Source: Octopus vulgaris (Eukaryota). Taken from it: 64,000 nucleotides of DNA. The notes beneath the pieces are model-generated. The model did not search any database. It was not told the origin of the DNA and saw only the letters and a program-made list of their open reading frames with translations. The DNA lies in NCBI GenBank assembly GCA_951406725.2, contig OX597835.1, positions 8,184,001 through 8,248,000 on the forward strand, written 5' to 3'. Of the stretch, positions 51,887 through 64,000 are shown piece by piece. The stretch's first letter is position 1, and each line of letters starts with the position of its first letter. Position numbers and translations under genes: made by a program.

Positions 51887-52247
51887 GTGGAGGCGCAATG
51901 GCCCAGTGGTTAGGGCAGCGGTTTCGATTCCCAGACCGTGCGTTGTGAGTGTTTATTGAGCGAAAACACCTAAAGCTCCACGAGGCTCCGGCAGGGGATG
52001 GTGGTGATCCCTGCTGTACTCTTTCACCACAACTTTCTCTCACCCTTACTTCCGGTTTCTGTTGTACCTGTATTTCAAAGGGCTGGCCTTGTCACTCTCT
52101 GTGTCACGCTGAATATCCCCGAGAACTACGTTAAGGGTACACGTGTCTGTGGAGTGCTCAGCCACTTACACGTTAATTTCACGAGCAGGCTGTTCCGTTG
52201 ATCGGATCAACTGGAACCCTCGTCGTCAGAACCGACGGAGTGCTTCC
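51887..52247 (+). mobile_element. SINE family C with tail T1, 12-bp TSD, anticodon arm deleted
   Basis: TSD attatccctata at 51875-51886 and 52248-52259; 22-nt deletion between two gcgg repeats in the head. Confidence 0.93.
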
Positions 52248-52567
52248 ATTATCCCTATACTGATGTTAGCCTTTATATTTCATGATGTTTCTGGGATGGG
52301 AGAGTAGTTCTGGTTTGAGAGGAAATGTATTGAGTGACGAAGAATGGAAGAGAAATGCATGAGTGAAAGAAAGGATGTAGGGCAGATATAGAAAATGATA
52401 GAAAGTAGGAGGATAAAGGAAGGACGAAGGCAGCTTAATAGAACTGTTAATTAAATATAATTGCATGTAGAGTATGAAGGATTAGATTAGTGATTGAGAA
52501 TCAGAAAGATAGGATGATAGAGAGAGAAATATCGAGAGAAGCAGCGATAGGGGTCGAGAGAGCAAGA

Positions 52568-52634
<67 letters not shown>

Positions 52635-53152
52635 TGAGGGAAGAGAGTTAATGATGATATATTGAATTTGTGAAGCTGTTATGATGTAGGGTCAGCGTCT
52701 CAGATTTCAAAGTTCAATTCCTTTCAGAAGAATCGAATAAAGAGAGAAAAGGAGAAGAAGGAAACGAAATGCTTAGATGGACGTTGGAAGGTTGTTGGTG
52801 ACGTTTCTCATTGAATTTATGTCATCATGACGTAAATTTAGGGGTTCTCAACCGCTTCGCTACCGCTGACAACTTTCATTTAAATAAATTGCCCCGACAA
52901 ACCTGAGGAGTTGGAAAGGTGTGTCATTTCAATAAATCGATTTTATTACATAACAACTGCCACAATTTTAATGCTGTCATCACTCAGATGAAACATAATT
53001 GAATAATTAGGGGCAATTTAGTTTCAACACACTGCGACCCTTTAAAATTTTGGACACCTTTCATGGAGTTCTTGCGCTGATTATGAGAATCTTGAAATGG
53101 TTTTCGCACCAAGGGAAGATTTGGGTTGCCGTCGAGTGATAGATGACCTAAC

Positions 53153-53445
53153 TACCCGTCGGTTACGACGAGGAGTCTTCCAGTGGATTCGATCAGCAGA
53201 ACAACCTGCTTATGAAATTAATATGCAAGTGGCTGAATACTCCATATACACGCATAATTTTAACGTAGATTAGCGTGACACACCGAATATGACATCGCTA
53301 GCCCTCTCGAAATTTCTGTCGGCTGACCTGACTGCAGTAAAGTTAAATATGTATTTTAAAGGACACAAAGCACCGCCGGGAGTCGAAATCAAGGTCTGAA
53401 GGTCGTAAGCCGAATACTCTAACTGCTAAGTCACGCATCTTCGGA
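53153..53445 (-). mobile_element. SINE family D, old diverged copy
   Basis: Colinear degenerate match to 44082-44410 (ccgtcggttacgacgagg...gaaattaatatgcaagtggctga...aaggacaca). Confidence 0.75.
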
Positions 53446-53477
53446 TTCATAGAAACCGCACAGCTAATAAATAATTT

Positions 53478-54575
53478 TTTTCTACTCTAGGAACAGGGCT
53501 CGAAATTTTTGGGGGGGAGGACAGTCGATTAGATCGACCCCAGTATGCAACTGGCTCATAATTCATCAACCCCGAAAGAATGAAAGGCAAAGTCGACCTC
53601 AGCAGAATTTGAACTCAGAACGTAAAGACAGACGAAATACCGGTAAGCATTTCGTGCTAACGTTTCTTATTCTTTTATTGCCCACAAGGGACTAAACATA
53701 GAGGGGACAAACAAGGACAGACAAAGGGATTAAGTCGATTACATCGACCCAGTGCGTAACTGGTACTTAATTTATCGACTCCGAAAGGATGAAAGGCAAA
53801 GTCGACCTCGGCGGAACGAAATACCTATTTCTTTACTACCCACAAGGGTCTAAACACAGAGAGGACAAACAAGGACAGACAAACGGATTAAGTCGATTAC
53901 ATCAACTCCAGTGGGTAACTGGTACTTAATTTATCGACCCCGAAAGGATGAAAGGCAAAGTCGACCTCGGCGTAACAAAATACCTATTTCTTTACTACCC
54001 ACAAGGGTCTAAACACAGAGGGGACAAACAAGGACGGACAAACGGATTAAATCGATTACATCGACTCCAGTGCGTAACTGGTACTTATTTAATCGACCCC
54101 GAAAGGATGAAAGGCAAAGTCGACCTCGGCGGAATTTGAACTCAGAACGTAACGGCAGACGAAATACCTATTTCTTTACTAGCCGCAAGGGTCTAAACAC
54201 AGAGAGGACAAACAAGGACAGACAAACGGATTAAGTCGATTATATTGACCCCAGTGCGTAACTAGTACTTATTCAATCGACCCCGAAAGGATGACAGGCA
54301 AAGTCGATTTCGGCGGAATTTGAACTCAGAACGTAACGGCAGACGAAATACCTATTTCTTTACTAGCCGCAAGAGGCTAAACATAGAGGGGACAAACAAG
54401 GACAGACAAACGGATCAAGTTGATTACATCGACTCGAGTGGGTAACTGGTACTTAATTTATCGAACCCGAAATGATGAAAGGTAAAGTCGACCTCGGCGG
54501 AATTTGGACTCAGAACCTTTGCGGCAGACGAAATACCGCTTAGTATTTCGTGCTAACGTTTCTGCCAGCTCGCCA
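53478..54575 (-). mobile_element. SINE family B tandem array (six bodies)
   Basis: Repeated units joined at (g)aaatacc|tatttctttacta near 53820, 53980, 54165, 54350; leftmost unit has B2 tail; flanks acagctaataaataa / acagttaataataa look like one TSD. Confidence 0.92.
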
Positions 54576-54839
54576 CACAGTTAATAATAAATGACGGAAT
54601 AATGTTGATGCCATCCACTCGCTTCTCTCCATTCAACGACAAAAGTAAAGCATAAAACGTGTCATTAGTTCCTCGTAAATTTTGTCTTGTCAGAGGTGGC
54701 GCCTCTCATTTGTAATATCTCCAAAATAGTTTTTGTTGGGGGGGGGGGGGAAATAAATATTACTAACGTCAGGGAAAGGGGAAAACTTTTGCGTGCTTAG
54801 AATCTATCAGGTGAAGACACGATAACTGCATTAATGGTT

Positions 54840-55088
54840 ATTACTACTACTACTACTACTACCAACACCACCACCACTACCACAACCACCACTACCACCG
54901 CTACTGCTACTATTACTACTACTACTATTACTACTACTACTACAACTACTACTACTACTACTACTAACACCACCACCACCACCACCACAACCGCAACCGC
55001 AACCACCACCATCACCACCACCACAACCACCACCACCACCATCATAACCACCACCACCACCACCACTACTATTACCACCACCACCACC

Positions 55089-55152
<64 letters not shown>

Positions 55153-55174
55153 ACTACTACTACTACTACTACTA
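54840..55174. repeat. (ACT)n/(ACC)n compound microsatellite
   Basis: Directly visible; source of the poly-T/V ORFs. Confidence 0.95.
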
Positions 55175-55494
55175 AGCAAGCGCTGGAGCATCTACGTGCT
55201 CACTTAACATGCTAGAAATAGCAATCCAACCTCTTTCAAATCACCTTCAGCGCCAAAGTTAGAATAATAAATGGAATGGGCATGGTTGGAATGCATTTGC
55301 TTTTAGATAAGCTTCTTCCACCAAATTTGATCTGGAACGAAGTAATTAACGATATCAACAAGTATTGCTGTTGTTACTACTACTACTACTACTACTACAT
55401 TTATTTTTTTTTTTTATAGAAATTATCTTCTGTGGAAATAACCACAAAAACAACAACAGAGAAATAATCTCACGGCAATAAAGATTAATAAACT

Positions 55495-55923
55495 GTCACA
55501 CACATACACACACACACGCGTGCACACATACACACGCACATACACACACACGCACGCACGCACACGTACACAAACACACACACTAGCACACACAGGCACA
55601 AACACACACACACCCACACACACACGCACACACAGACACACACACACACACGCACACGCACACAAATACACACACATATACACACACGCCCACACAAACA
55701 CACACACACACGCACAAACACAGGCACACACCCACACACAGAAACACACACACACGCACAAAAACACACACGCACACACACACACACAAACACACACACA
55801 CGCATGCACATGCACACAAATACACACACATATACACACACACAAACACACACACACACACACACGCACACACACAGAAACACACACACACACACACGCA
55901 CAAAAACACACACACACACAAAT

Positions 55924-55955
<32 letters not shown>

Positions 55956-55957
55956 AT
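55495..55957. repeat. Degenerate (CA)n tract
   Basis: Directly visible. Confidence 0.95.
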
Positions 55958-57481
55958 AACCGCAAGTATAAAACATAAAATCTCCCAGTATGAAAATCCC
56001 AAATGGCGCCTAGATTTCATTTTGGTTAAACGTTGTTCGTTGACCCAATTTTCATCGTTTTCCTGTAGATATATATTTTACTTCAGTGATAACAGGGGGG
56101 GGGGGAGACGGGACTCTGCAGTGGACTTATCGAGACAGTTATCAAACAATTCTGAGGGGGCAATGTTCACATTTACATTATGATTTATGAATTTATTGTT
56201 TTTGTTTTTTTTATATTTATACGTGTCTATTATCGAAAAACATTGTTTTCGGCTTTTGTTTAACAATCTTTATCTGATGGAGCAGGGGGTGGTGGTGGGG
56301 TTTATACAAACAAATGATAAAACAAAAGCCCATTGAACCAATGAAAACAAAATGAAGAGCTCAAGTAGGGTTTAATGGTCAAAAGTTTACAAACAATATG
56401 AAGTATTGTTCGTCTGGTGTGCGCTGTAGTCTAACTGGCAAAGTCCCAGCAAGTTGAGACTACAATGCTGTTTCAATCCATGGTAGAGAACAGTTCAGTC
56501 AATTTATCTGTTGATATTGTTTGGGAATATATAACACAACATTTTCCATTTACGCCTCGGTTTTAGAATATTGCTCTTTTAATCCTATATAAATGATATA
56601 AAGAAAGTTTGTATGGTAATGTCTTTCATTTGTTATAATGCACTAACAAGGCTGCTATTGTACAAGACTTCAGTGGCTTATATAACTTACAAGCTATACT
56701 GGTAACAGTCTTCTGTGTTTAGCTCTGATTATACAAAAGAAGTGTCAATAAAGGAGACTGTCCTCATTCCCTGAGAAAAATTGATCTCTTCATAGTGTAG
56801 ATTATCAAGAGAAATTTGAGACAGTCTAAGTTATCATCGTAGCATTTTGATCAGCATCTTTTGATCCTTCCTCTTGCTGAAATAATACTAAGGACAGGGG
56901 AAAGGATGGGGCATCAGTCAAAAACTCCCCTGGACCCTACGAAGTAGACTCACTTTCGTGAGAGTTGAGAAGTACTACTGTAAAATTGCAGATGCCATTA
57001 AGATTTTCAGTGGAGAAGTTTAATTTTGCCACATCCTATTCTACAGGGTCAGGTCACACTGGTTCTGAGATCCGGTCTACAGAGAAGGGATTGAAGGTGA
57101 GAAATAGTGTCGAGATAAAACAATCTCACCTAGCAACTGATCGTAAAACATGGTATGTGGAAGATTCAAGTCAGTGGAATAATTTCAGACTACGTAGAAT
57201 TAATAGCTTTCAGGAAATTCGTAGCACATTAAGCAAGACCTAACAATTCCTTATTGATGCATGAAAAACAGCAGCTCACCATGTGAAGCTAAATTTTATA
57301 TTTATATTTACATTTTATATTATATTTATATGATCGCATTTAACTGATTAAAGCCATTCCTAATTATTTCGTATATCCGAATGTAAAAAGATAAATGGGT
57401 CCCTAGTCCAACGAATGTTAACAGGTTGATATTTAAAATCAGACCCATTAAAATTTTTATTTGATGATAGTGCATTATATT

Positions 57482-57645
57482 GGCGTAGGAGTGGCTTTGT
57501 GGTAAGTAGCTTGCTTACGAACCACATGGTTCTGGGTTCAGTCCCACAGCGTGGTACTTTGGACAAGTGTCTTCTATTATATATAGCCTTGGGGCGACCA
57601 AAGCCAAGTGAGTGGATTTGGTAGACGGAAACTAAAAAGCAAGTC

Positions 57646-57706
<61 letters not shown>

Positions 57707-57734
57707 TATATATAATATAATATATATATGTATG

Positions 57735-57774
<40 letters not shown>

Positions 57775-57977
57775 TGTATGTGTGTTTGACCCCCAACATC
57801 GCTTGACAACCGATGCTGGTATGTTTACGTCCCCGTAAATTAGCGGTTCGGCAAAAGACACCGACGGAATGAGTACTAGGCTTACAATGAACAAGTCCTG
57901 GGGTCGATTTGCTCGACTAAACATGCTCCAGCATGGCCACAGTCAAATGACTGAAACAATTAAAAGGGTAAAAGAGT
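57482..57977 (+). mobile_element. SINE family A with expanded internal (TA)n
   Basis: A consensus head and tail; internal microsatellite of about 140 bp. Confidence 0.92.
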
Positions 57978-58111
57978 ATATATTACAATGTCATCTTTTA
58001 TAGCCACATAAATAAATCACCAGTCGTAAATCACAAACGCCATTCGAACTTAATTCTGATATATGTATGTATATATATAAATGTTTGTATGTGTATATAT
58101 ATATACATATA

Positions 58112-58175
<64 letters not shown>

Positions 58176-58240
58176 TATATATATTGACATATTTAATGTG
58201 TGTCTACTTGTGTCAGATGATATTAGCAAAAACATATATA

Positions 58241-58335
58241 GTGACGTATATTTGCCATTTGAATATGGCTACTGGATGCTACTGTAGTTTGTAGCCCCAG
58301 GAAGGTTAGCCATATTCAAATGGCAAATATATCAC
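58241..58335. other. Fold-back with 25-bp perfect arms
   Basis: tatatttgccatttgaatatggcta (58247-58271) and its reverse complement (58307-58331), 35-nt loop. Confidence 0.8.
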
Positions 58336-58768
58336 GATGTGTTGTCGCTACTGTTTATAACTCGCTCTGATATTTATCATTGTTCATATATATATATAAT
58401 TCAAATTAAAATGAGTAAGGTAAAAAAAGCCCGCAAAAGCCTAAGATTCCACACTGTTAGGACGAAATCAAAACGACGTGGTTAATAATCCAACATCTCA
58501 ATAATTCAGTCTTTGTGCATAACCATGTGCCATCTGCCCTCTAAAACACCTGATGCAATGTTTGTGTGACTTCTTTGTAATCTAGAGATCATCCTTTAAT
58601 GGAAACATGACAGACTAATCCCTTTTAATAATTCCAACACCTAATGAAATTCAGTGAGGATATTGCCTTGTACTGTAGCCGTTCTGTACATCGTGAACGC
58701 AGCAGAATAACGCACACAAACGTACACATATATCGATATGCATATGCGCTCAAACACACACACACACA

Positions 58769-58812
<44 letters not shown>

Positions 58813-58845
58813 GAGAGAGAGAGAGAGCAAAGTGTATGTGCGCCG

Positions 58846-58886
<41 letters not shown>

Positions 58887-59061
58887 GTAGGAGTGGCTAT
58901 GTGGTAAGTAGCTTGCTTACCAACCACAAGGTTCTGGGTTCAGTCCCACCGCGTGGCACCTTGGCCAAGTGTCTCCTACTATAGCCTCGGGTCGATCAAA
59001 GCCTTGTGAGTGGATTTGGTGGACGGAAACTGAAAGAAGCCCGCCGTATATATGTACATAC

Positions 59062-59106
<45 letters not shown>

Positions 59107-59320
59107 AGTGTGTCTGTGTTTGTGTGTGTGTGTTTGTCCTCCCCATATCGCTTGACAACCGATGCTGGTATGGTTACGTCCCCGTACCCTAGCGGTTCGG
59201 CAAAAGAGCCCGATAGAATAAGTATTAGGCTTACAAAGAATAAGTCCTGGGGTCGATGTGCTCGACTAAAGGCGGTGCTCCAGCATGGCCACAGTCATAT
59301 GACTAAAACAAGTAAAAGAA
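58887..59320 (+). mobile_element. SINE family A
   Basis: Matches A consensus. Confidence 0.92.
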
Positions 59321-60425
59321 TATATATATATATAATACAAAATGGGACAAGAACGCAAAACATTCAGGCAGCTAGGTGATACAAAAGGGACCAAAAACAT
59401 CCAAATAGACGATACAAAAAACAAGGACGGGTCATTCGAAGCCCTCTATCCTCAGTCAAGCACCAGATTATCGTCGCAATTTCGGCTGATTATTCTTGAG
59501 ATGGCTCCAATCTGGCCATATATATACATATATATATACATATATATACATATATATATATATACTTAGATACGGACATACACCTCCACACCAAGATTGT
59601 TAGACCTTACAATCAATACGGATCTCCGACGACAGCATTAATTGTATAACTTTGGACAAACGGCAATTGTACAGACTAAAGAAACTGATAATAATCGATT
59701 ATTGGAAACTACATCAGTGATGACAAATGAACGTGGTGGTGGTGGTGGGGGGAGGGCTAGTATGTTGTCGAAACTGCTTGCTAACAGGAAGTTTTCGTTT
59801 AACTAAGTCTACTATGTAAAGCAAACAAAGGACAGGTTTAATTAAATTTTTAGATGCTCTTAAGAACGGCAGATAACCAGGTCTTTGAGTACCCTCCATC
59901 TACACCTCTGCCAGTTGTCTATTTAATAAAATCTGATCTGTGATGAATCATCAAGAACAGAAACCCTCGTCAGTTTCACAGAATTTAGAAATTCCATGTC
60001 CGACCTTCACGATTGTGCTTCGCAAATGAATTGCCTCAAATGTACAGCGTACATACATAACACGCGCAAGCACCAACGTAATCACGCACGCATGCTCACA
60101 CTCACACACAAACCCACACACACCCCTAGACACACACGCTTGCATGCACACACACACACACACATAAGTACATAGAGTTAGAGCGATCCCAGCCAAGTGG
60201 TTGCAACGCATAAATGGAATGCGAAATAAAAGTGTGGAGTGGAGTGAAAGCGTTTGGATAGGCCAGGATAATGCATGTAAGACTCAAAAGAGATCTAAGG
60301 AAGAATGTTATGATCGAGTAAGTGAATCACAATGACCTTTTTGTGTGCACAGTTTTGCTGGGCTCAAATCTCATTTGCGAATCTTTGGTAAACGAACATC
60401 CAGCATCTATTCTGCCTATATGTCT

Positions 60426-60460
<35 letters not shown>

Positions 60461-60470
60461 CATACAGTAT

Positions 60471-60531
<61 letters not shown>

Positions 60532-60542
60532 GTATACATACA

Positions 60543-60770
60543 GGCGGCGAGCTGGCAACAACGGTAGCACGCCGGGTGAAATGCGTAGCCGTATTTCCTC
60601 TGCCGTTACGTTCTGGGTTCAAATTCCGCCGAGGTCGACTTTGCCTTTCATCCTTTCGGGGTCGATAAATTAAGTACCAGTTACGCACTGGGGTCGATGT
60701 AATCGACTTAATCCGTTTGTCTGTCCTTGTTTGTCCCCTCTGTGTGTAGCCCCTTGTGGGTAGTAAAGAA
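60543..60770 (+). mobile_element. SINE family B, full length
   Basis: Matches B consensus with B1 tail. Confidence 0.93.
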
Positions 60771-60847
60771 AGATATATATACATACAGTATATATACATG
60801 TGTGAACACATATGTATATCTCTGTATTTGAATACGTATGTATGAAC

Positions 60848-60892
<45 letters not shown>

Positions 60893-61346
60893 TACGTTAA
60901 ATGAATACGACAGAATCACAGAAAAATTATAAAAGACAAATATTTGAAGTAAACAATGTATCACACTGAAGAAGCATTAGAATGAAATTTGATTAACATT
61001 CACTTCGCGCGGCAAATATTCCCAGTTGACGTAAAAGACACACACATACACACACACTACTCCGTTTTAAATGATATTTTATTACATTTGTGTTTATGGG
61101 CGTGGATGTGTGCAGGAATGTGTTAGTAGTGATCATATCACCGAGACTAATAAATCAAATGATAATGAGGAAGGTGATAATTAATTATGACGATGATGAT
61201 GATTCCTTACTGCATTACGAGGGCGCAGTGGCTCAGGGGAAGACGCTGGTTTCGATTGAAGCAACAGCAGTCGGTGACAATAGTTTTATCAGCGCCAGGT
61301 GAGGGAAAACATTGAAGTTTAAAGTGGGAGAGTTGGAAATGATAGC

Positions 61347-61383
<37 letters not shown>

Positions 61384-61424
61384 AGAGAGAGAGGGGGAGA
61401 GTGAGAGACGTGGGAGAGATCACC

Positions 61425-61952
61425 GGATAAAATGCTTAGCGGCATGTCGTCCGTCTTAACGGTCTCAGATCAAATTCTGCCAAGGTCGACATTGTCTTTC
61501 ATCGTTTCGGAGCCGATGGAAAAAAAAGTGCCAGTTATACTCTGGGGTTGATGTAATTAATTTAACCCACTCCTGAAATTGTTGACCTTGTGCCAAAAAT
61601 TTTAAACCAATATTATTATCATCAGTATTAAGGCGGTGAGCTGGCAGAATCGTTAGCATGTCAGGCGAAATGCTTAGCGGTATTTCGGCTGCCGCTACGT
61701 TCTGAGTTCAAATTCCGCCGAGGTCGACTTTGCCTTTCATCCTTTCGGGGTCGATAAATTAAGTACCAGTTACGCACTGGGGTCGATGTAATCGACTTAA
61801 TACCTATGTCTGTCCTAGTTTGTCCCCTCTGTGTTTAGCCCCTTGTGGGTAATAAAGAAATAGGTATTTCGGCTGCCGCTACGTTCTGAGTTTAAATTCC
61901 GCCGAGGTCGACTTTACCTTTCATCTTTTCGGGGTCGATTAAATAAGTACCG
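61425..61952 (+). mobile_element. Old SINE B (about 61425-61610) followed by SINE B dimer (61630-61952)
   Basis: Dimer junction aaagaaataggtatttcggctgccgctacg at about 61854-61883. Confidence 0.88.
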
Positions 61953-62228
61953 GTTGCCTCTACAGCCACCTTTATATTTCATGACTACATTTGTGATCGA
62001 TCAGGTACCAAACAAGGATTCTAGATCATTATTTCGATTCTTTTTACTTAATTTCTGAGAGCGGTCAGATTCATTTTTAGCATTCGCGTTTTAAACATTT
62101 TCTTTGAGTAATCTTTGAGATAACGTTGGCGTTGCTTTGGCGGAGGTTTGCGCTCTCTGCATGCTCTTGTTATTATTATTATTATTATTATTATTGAGTG
62201 AGAGAGCAGTGCATGCCATCAAAGTGAC

Positions 62229-62304
<76 letters not shown>

Positions 62305-62307
<3 letters not shown>

Positions 62308-62566
62308 TAGTTTTCTTTTTATAGCGTGCTTTCACTTCACAACCGAGCGCAGCTCTGTGTGCCTTGGGTATGTGCTGTGATTTGTTGTGATGCTCTGATG
62401 GTTATTGTATGGAAAGTGTTCTGCGTAGGATGTGTGCAGTGCCTAGTAGTGCAATTTTCTGTATGTTATATGTGTTTGTAAGTCCTGGTGTTTTTGTTAT
62501 GTATTTGTCTGAATATTTTTTTATCATGCCTAATGCACCTATGATTGGAATTGTTTCCGTTTTTAA
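62305..62566 (-). mobile_element. R4/Dong-clade LINE 3' end inserted in (TAA)n
   Basis: Minus strand LKTETIPII-GALGMIKKYSDKYITKTPGLTNIYNIQKIALLGTAHILRRTLSIQ* plus short 3' UTR; (ATT)n tracts on both sides. Confidence 0.88.
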
Positions 62567-62649
<83 letters not shown>

Positions 62650-63119
62650 GCTGTCAAAATAGGTTTATGCATATCTCTGTATGAATGTCGTATTGTGTAG
62701 TTTCTGTAATAACGTGATAATTCGTCTGTTATTCATAAGGAAGTGAAATGGAAGATGTTTTTTTTAATATTAATATGCCTGTTTAAAAAAGGGTAAAATA
62801 ACATATCTAACAAGGGGCTTGCCTTTTTTGAATTTAACTAAGATGGCGTCAAGAGATTGAGGCGAAAGACTAACTCAAATACAATCACAAAGAAATATAA
62901 AGAATAGCATGAAAACAATTTTCAACAAGGCAATCATATTTTGGAGAAAGAACATTGTAATATTTCTGTAGGCGTTACCAATTGCTGAGTGGACTTTTGC
63001 GGTTCTTTTGGCAATAACAACAATATTCATACAAATAATATTTTTACGAGTGAGAAGGTTTATAAAATCGGATGCAATTTTACTGATTTTTCACAGAAAA
63101 ATGTCGACATGAATAAAAT

Positions 63120-63280
63120 ACAGCAGAAGATGGAATTGCTACAGTGGTGTGTCACAAACTAAATACCTTTGTTGCCTGAAGAATTTGTGAGAAGACAGGC
63201 GAAAAGAAAACATTATGTGCAACTGACAGGTAAAGACAAAAATGTGGTGTGTGTGAAGTGTGAAGCGTTAGTGCAATTGT
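63120..63280 (+). mobile_element. Possible piggyBac transposase C-terminal remnant
   Basis: RRQAKRKHYVQLTGKDKNVVCVKCEALV loosely resembles the Cys-rich tail; weak. Confidence 0.2.
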
Positions 63281-63399
63281 GAGGCGGAGTGGCCGGAACA
63301 CTAACCCAGCCAGCTCTGAGTAGCGGGGTCGATAAATGTACTGGGCGCATAATATAATGGTTTAGACATATGGAGAGATACCAGGTGGTATGAAAATGT

Positions 63400-63745
63400 T
63401 CTGTATCGCCCCAACAGATGGCAGCACATGATTGCGTGCACATTGAGAGCTAGCAGTGACCTTCATGAGGCAGTGTTTCAAGTGACATCACTCTATTTAC
63501 TTCGTAAGTTATGAAATTCGTGTTTTAATGATCACCTGTATAATATAGTCTGCAGTTTGTCTTGGGCAGGAACAAAGAACCAGCGTGACATCTTGCATTA
63601 AACTTGGGAAGTCTGCTACAGAGATATTGAGCATGCTTTGGTAAGTTTACGGCGATGAGGCTATGGGTCATACGCAATGATTCGAGTGGCACACGCCGCA
63701 GCTCAGTGAAAAGCATGCTTATAATTTTTCGACATCCGCAGCAGT
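63400..63745 (+). mobile_element. Mariner 5' remnant
   Basis: 63570-63695 reads EQRTSVTSCIKLGKSATEILSMLW*VYGDEAMGHTQ*FEWH, the mariner N-terminal HTH region. Confidence 0.82.
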
Positions 63746-63757
63746 TTGTGACATACC

Positions 63758-63985
63758 TATTTCTTTACTACCCACAAAGGGCTAAACATAGAGTGGACAA
63801 ACAAGGACAGACAAACGGATTAAGTCGATTATATCGACCCCAGTATGTAACTGGTACTTAATTTATCGACCCCGAAAGGATGAAAGGCAAAGTCGACCTC
63901 AGCGGAATTTGAACTCAGAACGTAGCGGCAGACGAAATACCACTAAGCATTTCGTCCGACGTGCTAACGTCTCTGCCAGCTCGCC
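63758..63985 (-). mobile_element. SINE family B, full length, 10-bp TSD
   Basis: TSD gtgacatacc at 63748-63757 and 63986-63995. Confidence 0.93.
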
Positions 63986-64000
63986 GTGACATACCGCTGT

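Noticed and set aside
59430-59500. Minus-strand CTGAGGA and GAAA motifs suggesting a hammerhead
   Set aside because: A stem III can be drawn, but stems I and II do not pair in any permutation I tried.

Overview
AT-rich, extremely microsatellite-dense eukaryotic DNA with no intact protein-coding gene that I can support. The repeat complement points to a coleoid cephalopod, most likely Octopus; this rests on my recognition of the repeats, not a database search. It looks like intronic or intergenic sequence. Nearly all ORFs in the track are artefacts of simple repeats or SINEs. Content: (i) at least four tRNA-headed SINE types, here called A, B, C and D, with about 30 copies, several with clear target-site duplications (TSDs), shuffled modules and head-less tandem arrays; (ii) decayed LINE pieces (CR1-group 3' ends, R4/Dong-clade RT and RLE pieces, an L1/Tx1-like endonuclease piece next to a U2 snRNA 5' fragment); (iii) mariner remnants, a piggyBac-type MITE, a TGT..ACA MITE and a non-autonomous Helitron; (iv) short fold-back islands and a degenerate hammerhead-like motif inside (TA)n tracts; (v) a few weak candidate exons and one motif-dense promoter-like patch. 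I see no convincing new gene system. The most interesting biology is in how the retroposons are built and propagate. Coordinates of decayed elements are approximate.
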